Assembly (NCBI GenBank): GCA_047947115.1
Contig: CP170459.1
Location: 2,272,001 to 2,336,000 of the forward strand
DNA: 64,000 nucleotides
Direction: 5' to 3'
Source of the DNA: Verrucomicrobiota bacterium
Lineage (GTDB): Bacteria; Verrucomicrobiota; Verrucomicrobiia; Limisphaerales; AAA164-E04
Position 1 is the stretch's first letter. Every line of letters begins with the position of its first letter. The notes under the pieces were generated by a model. That model was not told the origin of the DNA, made no database searches, and was given only the letters and a program-made list of their open reading frames with translations. The position numbers and the translations under genes were made by a program. Below are positions 56,317 to 64,000 of the stretch, in pieces.

Positions 56317-59300
56317 AAGATCTATCGCATTCCCCAAAACCATCCGGACCGGCTTACTGGCGTAGTTTGGACGAGTTGACGGATTCTCCGGAATTTCGTC
56401 AATGGATGGAAAAAGAGTTTCCGGAAGGAGCGACCGAAGCTCCCACGGGTCAAACACGTCGTGATTTCATGAAAATCATGGGCGCCTCCTTCCTTTTGGC
56501 AGGGGCGGGTCTGACCGGTTGCCGTCGCCCTGAGGAAACCATCCTTCCGTTCTCCAAGATGCCGCACAACTACACTCACGGCGTCCCTCAGTTTTTTGCC
56601 ACCGCCATGCCATCGCGCGATTCCGCGGTGCCATTGCTCGCCAAATCCAGCGACGGTCGCCCCACCAAGGTGGAAGGCAATCCGGAGTTGGCGTTTGGTA
56701 AAGGTGGAACGGATTCCTTTGCACAGGCTTCATTGCTCAACCTTTACGATCCTGATCGCTCCAAGAAATATTTGAAGGGTGGCAACGCTGTTACCCGAAA
56801 CGAAGCTATTGGCGCGCTCCGTATGTTGAGTGGTCAGTTCAAGGGGAACAAGGGCAGGGGCTTAAGTTTTCTTGTTCAAAGCAGTAGCTCCCCCAGTCGT
56901 CATCGTCTCGAGGCTCTGATCCGCGAGCAGATGCCTGAGGCAAAGTGGCATGCTTACGAACCTGTTTCCTTCCGCACTTCGGTTCAGGCCAGCTCAAAGG
57001 TGTTCAAGAAACCGATTCGCCCGATCCCGCATTTTGGCAAAGCCAAAGTGATTCTTTCACTGGATTGCGATTTTCTGGGAACTGAGCAGGAATCTTACTC
57101 CCATATCCGTGGTTATGCCGATGGACGTCGTCTAAAGGAAGATGAAAATCATCACACCACCAGCAATCGTCTATATGCCATTGAAAGTCTTCTGACTCTG
57201 ACCGGCTCCAACGCCGACCACAGGTTGCGGGTGACATCCTCACAGGTGTTCAGCGTAGCGGCTGCGTTGACCGAACAAGTGTTCGAACAGTTGCACTTGC
57301 CGGAAGATGAAGCTGGAAGCCCGATTCCTGCACTCCGCAGTTCCTTGCGTGAAAAGGCCAAAGGCGTCACCGTAGATGAAAAGTGGATCGTTGAGTCCGT
57401 TCGGGACTTGCTGGCTCACAAGGGTGAATGCCTGGTGGTTGCCGGACATCGCCAACCAGAATCGGTCCACCAGCTCGCGGCCGCTATCAATACCTTGCTT
57501 GGCAACATCGGTCATACCGTTACTTTTCTGGAAGATTCCCAGCCCGCCTACGCTTCACTTGCCCAATTGAAACAGGCTTGCGATGCTGGAGCTGTGGAAG
57601 CACTCGTTGTTCTGGATGGAAACCCTGTTTACGACGCTCCCGCCGATTTTGACTGGAAGGCAACTCAGCGCAAAGCCAAGAGTGTTGTCCGTCTCGGATA
57701 CTACGAAGACGAGACCAGCGAAGTGTCTGACTGGCACCTGCCAATGGCTCATTACCTCGAATCTTGGGGAGATGCCCGTTCAGGTGATGGAAGCTATCTC
57801 CCGGTTCAACCATTGATAGCGCCTCTTTTCGACGGGTTGACCGAAATTGAAGTGCTGGCACGCATTGCTGGTCATGATGAAGTGAAACCCCACGAAATCG
57901 CACGCACCACTTTGAAATCTCTGGTGGGTGATGAGGGCTTCGAAGGGCAGTGGAAACAGCTTCTCCATGACGGTTACTTGAACGATTTGCGTTCCAGCGC
58001 AGTGGATGTTTCCGCAGATGATTTCGATTGGCCGGGCCTGACCCAACATTTGAGCCAGGCCATTACGGGCGCCAACCAATCCGGAGCCCCTTCCAAGGAT
58101 GCTCTCGAAGTTGTATTTTACCGTGATGCCAGTCTGGATGACGGTCGTTTCAACAACAACGGTTGGATGCAGGAGTGCCCCGATCCAGTTACCAAGATTA
58201 CTTGGGACAACGTGGTGTTGATCAGTCGCCGCACGGCTGCTGAGATGGGCAATATCAAGAACAAGGAACTGGTGGAAGTTGAATACAACGGCCGCAAGGT
58301 ACAGGGTCCAATATGGATCCAACCTGGTCTGGCCGATTTTTCACTGGGCTTGGCCCTTGGATATGGTCGATCCAATAGCGGCAATGTCGGAGGTAACGGT
58401 GATAAATCCGTTGGTTTCAATGCTTATACCATTCGTGATTCCAAAAGTTTGACTTTCGGAACAGGTGCCAAGCTTCGCCGACTGAATCGAATTTTTGACA
58501 TTTCCTGCACCCAGGATCACTGGTCCATGGAAGGCCGCGCGATCGTGCGTGAAGCCAACATTGAGAATTTCGAAGAAAAGCGTGATTTTGCGCAAAACAT
58601 GGATCTCGAAGCCCACGCCGGTCATATCCCCACGGATAAGGACGGCAAACCGGCTCAAATTTACGAACACCCTTACAAAGCACGTCCATCCACCCATAGT
58701 GATATTCACCAGTGGGGCATGGCTATCGACCTTCAAACTTGTGTTGGTTGTTCGGCTTGCGTGGTTGCTTGCCAGAGCGAAAATAATATTCCCATTGTCG
58801 GTAAGGAGCAGGTTGCCAACAGTCGAGAGATGCACTGGATGCGTATTGACCGTTACTACAGCGGCAATCCTGAACTTCGCAGCAAGGTCAGCAACCTGAT
58901 CATGGACGATGAACAGGCTTATGCTGAATGGATCGACGACGTTCAGGTGGTGAACCAGCCGATGCTTTGCCAGCACTGTGAAAGCGCTCCTTGTGAAAGT
59001 GTCTGTCCGGTGAATGCCACGGTGCACGATCATGAGGGTCTGAACGTGATGGCCTACAACCGTTGTGTGGGTACCCGTTACTGTTCAAATAACTGCGCTT
59101 ACAAAGTGCGTCGTTTCAATTATTTTGATTACAACAAACGGCCGATTGATCAACTTTACGAAGGTCCGCTTGCTTCGCATTCGGATGATGAGATTGATTT
59201 GATCGAAATGGCCAAGAACCCTGATGTCACGGTTCGTATGCGTGGTGTGATGGAAAAATGCACCTTCTGCACACAACGCATCGAGCAGGCCAAGATCGCG

Positions 59301-59681
59301 AAGAAGGTTGCGGCCAGGGATTCCGGCGACGTCGAGGTGGTCGAGGGGACGTTCAAAACAGCTTGTCAGCAAGCCTGTCCGGCGGACGCCATCGCATTTG
59401 GTAATCTGTTGGATCCTGAAAGCAAGGTTTCCAAACTTAAACACGATCCCAGAAATTACGCTGTGCTTGGGTTCCTGGACACCAAACCACGCACGACCTA
59501 TCTGGCAAAGATTCGCAATCCGAACAAAAACATGCCCGACTATCACACCATGCCATTGAGCACTTTGGAGTATACGAAAAACATGGGTAGTCCTTTTGAG
59601 GCACATGGCGCGCCGCATGGCGCGGAGGGCCACGGGGACGGACATGCAGTTGAAACCAAATCTGAAGGAGGGCATCACTAA
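56313..59681 (+). CDS. actB: Alternative complex III subunit B (molybdopterin-oxidoreductase-like plus Fe-S domain, Tat lipoprotein)
   Basis: [19 protein letters not shown] lipobox, [45 protein letters not shown] overlap with actA. Confidence 0.95.
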   Translation: MKDLSHSPKPSGPAYWRSLDELTDSPEFRQWMEKEFPEGATEAPTGQTRRDFMKIMGASFLLAGAGLTGCRRPEETILPFSKMPHNYTHGVPQFFATAMPSRDSAVPLLAKSSDGRPTKVEGNPELAFGKGGTDSFAQASLLNLYDPDRSKKYLKGGNAVTRNEAIGALRMLSGQFKGNKGRGLSFLVQSSSSPSRHRLEALIREQMPEAKWHAYEPVSFRTSVQASSKVFKKPIRPIPHFGKAKVILSLDCDFLGTEQESYSHIRGYADGRRLKEDENHHTTSNRLYAIESLLTLTGSNADHRLRVTSSQVFSVAAALTEQVFEQLHLPEDEAGSPIPALRSSLREKAKGVTVDEKWIVESVRDLLAHKGECLVVAGHRQPESVHQLAAAINTLLGNIGHTVTFLEDSQPAYASLAQLKQACDAGAVEALVVLDGNPVYDAPADFDWKATQRKAKSVVRLGYYEDETSEVSDWHLPMAHYLESWGDARSGDGSYLPVQPLIAPLFDGLTEIEVLARIAGHDEVKPHEIARTTLKSLVGDEGFEGQWKQLLHDGYLNDLRSSAVDVSADDFDWPGLTQHLSQAITGANQSGAPSKDALEVVFYRDASLDDGRFNNNGWMQECPDPVTKITWDNVVLISRRTAAEMGNIKNKELVEVEYNGRKVQGPIWIQPGLADFSLGLALGYGRSNSGNVGGNGDKSVGFNAYTIRDSKSLTFGTGAKLRRLNRIFDISCTQDHWSMEGRAIVREANIENFEEKRDFAQNMDLEAHAGHIPTDKDGKPAQIYEHPYKARPSTHSDIHQWGMAIDLQTCVGCSACVVACQSENNIPIVGKEQVANSREMHWMRIDRYYSGNPELRSKVSNLIMDDEQAYAEWIDDVQVVNQPMLCQHCESAPCESVCPVNATVHDHEGLNVMAYNRCVGTRYCSNNCAYKVRRFNYFDYNKRPIDQLYEGPLASHSDDEIDLIEMAKNPDVTVRMRGVMEKCTFCTQRIEQAKIAKKVAARDSGDVEVVEGTFKTACQQACPADAIAFGNLLDPESKVSKLKHDPRNYAVLGFLDTKPRTTYLAKIRNPNKNMPDYHTMPLSTLEYTKNMGSPFEAHGAPHGAEGHGDGHAVETKSEGGHH

Positions 59682-61108
59682 TGTCATCGCCGACTGCACC
59701 CTCTTCTGTTAAAATCGCGCCACCTCCTCGTGAGATCGAGCGCGAGCCGTTGGTTCTGAACAACCGTTCACTTGGTTGGATTTCAGATCAGATCGCCGGG
59801 ATCATCGAAGGCAAAACCCCCACGTGGTGGTGGGTAACCATGTTGATCAGTTTGCCAATCATGCTCATGTGTTTTGCGATGATTGGTTATCTCATCTCCA
59901 CCGGTGTCGGGGTATGGGGTTTGAATAGTCCGATCGCCTGGGGTTGGGCGATTGTAAACTTCGTGTTCTGGATTGGTATCGGTCACGCCGGAACATTGAT
60001 CTCAGCGGTGTTGTTCTTGTTGCGACAGAAATGGCGAACATCGATTAATCGGGCGGCGGAGGCCATGACGATCTTCGCGGTGATGTGCGCGGGGATTTTC
60101 CCCGGAATTCACGTCGGCCGTATCTGGTTCGCATGGTGGCTTTTCCCACTGCCTAATGCAAACGGTCCGATCTGGCCGCAGTTCCGTTCTCCGCTGTTGT
60201 GGGACGTCTTCGCGGTTTCAACTTACTTTACTGTTTCATTATTGTTTTGGTACATGGGCTTGATTCCTGATCTGGCCACCATTCGTGATCGTTGTAAGGG
60301 TTTCTTCGGTAAATTTTTCTACGGACTTTTTTCATTAGGCTGGACCGGATCCAATCGTCACTGGAGCAACTACGAAAAGGCCTACCTCCTTCTGGCTGGT
60401 CTCTCTACCCCACTGGTGCTCTCGGTTCACAGTATCGTTTCATTTGACTTTGCTGTTTCCCAGGTGCCTGGATGGCATACGACCATCTTCCCACCTTACT
60501 TCGTGGCGGGTGCTATTTTCTCCGGGTTCGGCATGGTGTTGACCCTGATGATTCCTTTGCGCTCTCTGTTCAAGTTGCATGATCTGTTGACGATTCGCCA
60601 CATCGAGCTCATGTGTAAGGTGACTCTGGCGACCGGATCCATTGTGGGCTACGCCTATGGGATGGAGTTCTTCATCGCCTGGTACGGTGGTAATCCTTAC
60701 GAAGCATACGCTTTCCAGAACCGCGCGTTTGGTCCTTACTGGTGGGCTTACTGGATCATGATTTCTTGCAACGTCATCAGCCCTCAATTCTTCTGGTTCA
60801 AGAAGCTCAGGACGAATGTGGTCGTTGTTTGGATCCTTTCAATTTTCGTGAACATCGGCATGTGGTTCGAACGTTTCGTAATCGTGGTGACTTCCTTGCA
60901 CCGTGATTATATCCCGGCGAACTGGGCCTATTACTCGCCTACCAAGGTGGACGTTCTGACCTTCGTCGGCACCTTCGGATTGTTCATGGTTCTTTTTCTG
61001 TTGTTCGTCCGGTTCCTGCCCCTGATCGCCATTTCCGAAGTGAAAGGTGTGACGAATCAGGCGGATCCACACCATCCTCTGGGTGGCGCGAAAGGAGGGC
61101 ATCACTAA
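59681..61108 (+). CDS. actC: Alternative complex III subunit C (NrfD-like quinol-binding subunit)
   Basis: [52 protein letters not shown]. Confidence 0.95.
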   Translation: MSSPTAPSSVKIAPPPREIEREPLVLNNRSLGWISDQIAGIIEGKTPTWWWVTMLISLPIMLMCFAMIGYLISTGVGVWGLNSPIAWGWAIVNFVFWIGIGHAGTLISAVLFLLRQKWRTSINRAAEAMTIFAVMCAGIFPGIHVGRIWFAWWLFPLPNANGPIWPQFRSPLLWDVFAVSTYFTVSLLFWYMGLIPDLATIRDRCKGFFGKFFYGLFSLGWTGSNRHWSNYEKAYLLLAGLSTPLVLSVHSIVSFDFAVSQVPGWHTTIFPPYFVAGAIFSGFGMVLTLMIPLRSLFKLHDLLTIRHIELMCKVTLATGSIVGYAYGMEFFIAWYGGNPYEAYAFQNRAFGPYWWAYWIMISCNVISPQFFWFKKLRTNVVVVWILSIFVNIGMWFERFVIVVTSLHRDYIPANWAYYSPTKVDVLTFVGTFGLFMVLFLLFVRFLPLIAISEVKGVTNQADPHHPLGGAKGGHH

Positions 61109-61647
61109 TGACTGAATATAGCCAAGCATACGGTCTTTTGGCCGAATTCGAAACACCGGCGGATGCCATGCATGCCGCGGAAAAAATCAGAGACGCCGGC
61201 TTTACCCGTTGGGATGTGCATACGCCGTTCCCGGTGCACGGCATGGATGACGCCATGGGATTGAAAAATTCCAAGGTTGGCTGGTTCTCCTTTTGCGGGG
61301 GCGCAACCGGGTTCACATGCGGTTACCTCATGATCTGGTTCATGAACAGCCTCAATTACCCGGTCGTTGTGGGCGGCAAACCGCTGTTCAGCCCGATGTT
61401 TCCGTTTCCGGTGGTGTATGAAATGACGATTCTATTGTCCGCATTCGGAGCGATCTTCGGCATGCTGTTTCTGAATCGATTGCCCAAACTTTACCATCCC
61501 TTGCTCAAGAACCGTCGTTTCAAGGGAGCGACGCATGACAAGTTCTACGTGATCATTGAAACCACCGACCCACGTTACTCGGAGGCGGAAACACGTGAAC
61601 TGCTTGAATCAGCAGGCTGCAAACACTTGGAGATGGTGGAGGACTAG
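61108..61647 (+). CDS. actD: Alternative complex III subunit D (DUF3341)
   Basis: GLLAEFETP, HTPFPVHGMDDAMG, VGGKPLFS, YEMTIL. Confidence 0.93.
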   Translation: MTEYSQAYGLLAEFETPADAMHAAEKIRDAGFTRWDVHTPFPVHGMDDAMGLKNSKVGWFSFCGGATGFTCGYLMIWFMNSLNYPVVVGGKPLFSPMFPFPVVYEMTILLSAFGAIFGMLFLNRLPKLYHPLLKNRRFKGATHDKFYVIIETTDPRYSEAETRELLESAGCKHLEMVED

Positions 61648-61648
61648 G

Positions 61649-62263
61649 ATGCGATACTTTTTGACACTTTATATTCTGGCGATAGTGGCCTTTATCGGCA
61701 TTGCTGGTTTCCGTGGTGAGATCACCCGCAAACCGCCTATCGAGGTCTTTCCAGACATGGACAGACAGATGAAACTGCGTCCACAGGAACCCAACCGGTT
61801 CTTTGGTAACCAGCGCAGTTCCCAACCCTACGTGGAGGGAACTATTGCTCGTGGCATGCCTTATCAGGACATTCCTGTCAACACCGGACGCATCAGCGGT
61901 TCAACAAACTGGGTGGAGGTCAGCCCAATTGAGATCACTGAAGCAGTGATGTCCCGCGGCCGGGAGCGTTACAATATCTCCTGTGCTCCATGTCATGGCG
62001 CTGCTGGAGACGGGAAAGGAATCACCACCAAATATGGCATGGTGGCTGTCGCCAACTTCCATGACGCTCGTCTCGTTGAGATGGCGGATGGTGAGATTTT
62101 CAACACCATCACGCACGGCAAGAATCTGATGGGTTCTTATGGAGCCAACATCAAAATCGAGGACCGTTGGGCGATCATCGCCTACCTACGTGCACTCCAG
62201 CGCAGCCGGTTGTCCAAAATGGACGATGTGCCCGAACCGCAACAAGCAGCCCTTCAAAATTAA
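61649..62263 (+). CDS. actE: Alternative complex III subunit E (monoheme cytochrome c)
   Basis: DMDRQ, GTIARG, GRERYNISCAPCHG, DGEIFNTITHG, DRWAIIAY. Start ATG 61649. Confidence 0.92.
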   Translation: MRYFLTLYILAIVAFIGIAGFRGEITRKPPIEVFPDMDRQMKLRPQEPNRFFGNQRSSQPYVEGTIARGMPYQDIPVNTGRISGSTNWVEVSPIEITEAVMSRGRERYNISCAPCHGAAGDGKGITTKYGMVAVANFHDARLVEMADGEIFNTITHGKNLMGSYGANIKIEDRWAIIAYLRALQRSRLSKMDDVPEPQQAALQN

Positions 62264-62269
62264 CGCCCT

Positions 62270-63517
62270 ATGAGTTCAGAATCGAACAACACATCCACAC
62301 CAACCTTGGATTTGGCCAAATACGCCAACCTTCCCAACAAACTGATGCTGGGTGGCGGTATAGGGTTGATCATCGGTTTGCTGTTGCCTGCTTGGCGCGA
62401 ACAGTTTTTCTACAGCTATCTCACCGGGTTCATGTTTTTCCTCAGCATCGTGCTGGGTTCGATGTTCCTGGTGATTTTACATCACTTGTTTGACGCTTAC
62501 TGGATGGTGCCGATCAGACGTTTCCTTGAACACATGGCTTGCCTCGCGCCTTGGATGGGACTTCTGTTTTTGCCGATTCTGGTGTTTTGTAAACAGATAT
62601 ATCCCTGGATGAATCTGGATCCGGCGACGGATCATGCACTGCATGTCAAACATGCCTTGTTTAATATTCCCGCGTTCATTGTTGTTTCATTGCTGCTCTT
62701 TGCCATCTGGACCTGGTTGGCGAACAGCTTGCGCAAGCATTCGCTTGGTCAGGATGAAGCCGGAGCCGCGACGCATACCCATTCACTGCGTAAACTGGCC
62801 GCTGGTGGAATCTTCATCTTTGCGTTTTCTTTGACACTTGGGGTGATCTACTGGATGAAATCGCTGGAGCATCAATGGTTCTCAACCATGTATGGTGTTT
62901 ATTATTTTGCTGGTAGTGTCTGGACAACCCTGGCCACCACTTATATGTTGGCTGCGGTGTTGCAACGAACCGGTCACCTGACCCCTGTCCTGCGTGAAAC
63001 CACCTTCAAGGACATTGGAACCTTGTTCTTCGCGTTCACGGTTTTCTACGCCTATATTCATTTCTCACAGTATTTCCTGATCTGGAATGCTGCGGTGCCG
63101 GAGGAAACCTTCTGGTATGTAAAACGTGAAAATGGCATTTACTGGAGCATGGGAATGCTGATCATCTTCGGTCACTTCTTCGTTCCATTCCTTACCATGC
63201 TGCGTATCGATGTCAAAAAGACACTGACCATCATGGGGCCGATGGCCATCTGGGCCTGGCTGATGCACTACACCGACATGACCTACAACATCAAGCCGGT
63301 CATCGATCCGGAAGGTCATGGCATTTCTTTCGGAGGATTTGTGCAAAGCGTCTCTGCCTTGGCTTTGATGGGTGGACTGCTGAGCAAGCAGTTCCTGAAA
63401 TCATTCATCGCACATCCGCCGTTCCCGCAACGTGATCCTCGTATTGCCGAAGCGATGGGCGTTTATGTGGAATTGGAATCTGAAGCCGATTCCAAGACCA
63501 ACTCAGCTAAAGCCTGA
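62270..63517 (+). CDS. actF: Alternative complex III subunit F
   Basis: WMKSLEHQWFSTMYG, YAYIHFSQYFLIWNAAVPEET; multiple TM segments; position after actE. Confidence 0.92.
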   Translation: MSSESNNTSTPTLDLAKYANLPNKLMLGGGIGLIIGLLLPAWREQFFYSYLTGFMFFLSIVLGSMFLVILHHLFDAYWMVPIRRFLEHMACLAPWMGLLFLPILVFCKQIYPWMNLDPATDHALHVKHALFNIPAFIVVSLLLFAIWTWLANSLRKHSLGQDEAGAATHTHSLRKLAAGGIFIFAFSLTLGVIYWMKSLEHQWFSTMYGVYYFAGSVWTTLATTYMLAAVLQRTGHLTPVLRETTFKDIGTLFFAFTVFYAYIHFSQYFLIWNAAVPEETFWYVKRENGIYWSMGMLIIFGHFFVPFLTMLRIDVKKTLTIMGPMAIWAWLMHYTDMTYNIKPVIDPEGHGISFGGFVQSVSALALMGGLLSKQFLKSFIAHPPFPQRDPRIAEAMGVYVELESEADSKTNSAKA

Positions 63518-63551
63518 TCGAAGAATCAATATCATTAAAAAACCCTGATTC

Positions 63552-63938
63552 ATGAGAATACACAGCATTTCACAACCCAAAAACAAAGGCGTCGCGTTCC
63601 TGTATTTCGTGGTGTTCCTGGCAACGTTCTGCATCGTTGCGTTCCTGATTTGGGCGACCAAACAATACACCCAACCGCCATCCATTTCAGCCAATCGCGC
63701 CAAGGAACGGGCCGAGAATTTGAAATCGGTGCAGGAAGCTGTTGGCCCTGTGTTGAACGAATACGGCTGGCAGGACAAAGAAAAGGGATTTGTGCGTGTC
63801 CCAATCGAGCGAGCCATGGAACTCACGGTCAAGGAATGGAGTAACCCAAGTGAAGGGCGCGCAGAAATGATCGAGCGTGTGAAAGAAGCCACCTTCGTGC
63901 CGCCTCCGCCACCCGAAGAACCCAGTGCATTTGAATAA
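63552..63938 (+). CDS. actG: Small single-TM ACIII-associated subunit (ActG-like)
   Basis: One TM helix followed by LNEYGWQDKEKGFVRVPIERAMEL, a motif I associate with ActG-like proteins; follows actF. Confidence 0.6.
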   Translation: MRIHSISQPKNKGVAFLYFVVFLATFCIVAFLIWATKQYTQPPSISANRAKERAENLKSVQEAVGPVLNEYGWQDKEKGFVRVPIERAMELTVKEWSNPSEGRAEMIERVKEATFVPPPPPEEPSAFE

Positions 63939-63982
63939 ACCTAAACAGGGTTAATAGACTTATTGTTGAATCATTGAACGCC

Positions 63983-64000
63983 ATGGACGCGAATCAATCA
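63983..64000 (+). CDS. Possible start of the next gene (runs off the window)
   Basis: ATG GAC GCG AAT CAA TCA, 44 nt after actG-like stop; too short to identify. Confidence 0.3.

Overview
Bacterial chromosomal window, most likely from a PVC-superphylum organism. Verrucomicrobia is inferred from DUF1501/PSD1 planctomycete-cytochrome genes, a PVC-type CxxCH protein and a sulfatase. The first ~17 kb is accessory. It holds an intact IS4-family element (18-bp IRs, 10-bp target duplication), three complete VapBC-type toxin-antitoxin pairs, a window-truncated RHH antitoxin-like gene and a truncated nucleotidyltransferase module, interleaved with large secreted PVC proteins and a GH32 gene broken by one in-frame TAA. 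The middle has ParA, a sulfatase, a sugar ABC importer, a 3.5 x 217-bp GTAG-type REP array, a coupled pair of an active Deg/HtrA protease and a catalytically dead paralog, a three-gene ABC-2 system, ilvN-ilvC, secG-tpiA-pgk and sua5. The last 23 kb is respiratory: nuoB-N (no nuoA) on the minus strand, split between nuoE and nuoF by an antisense tRNA-Gln with its own promoter. It lies back-to-back with tRNA-Cys and an alternative complex III operon (actA-G). A Rex/CRP-like palindrome sits symmetrically between the two divergent -35 boxes. Many genes appear leaderless. All calls come from motif recognition by eye; no database searches were run.
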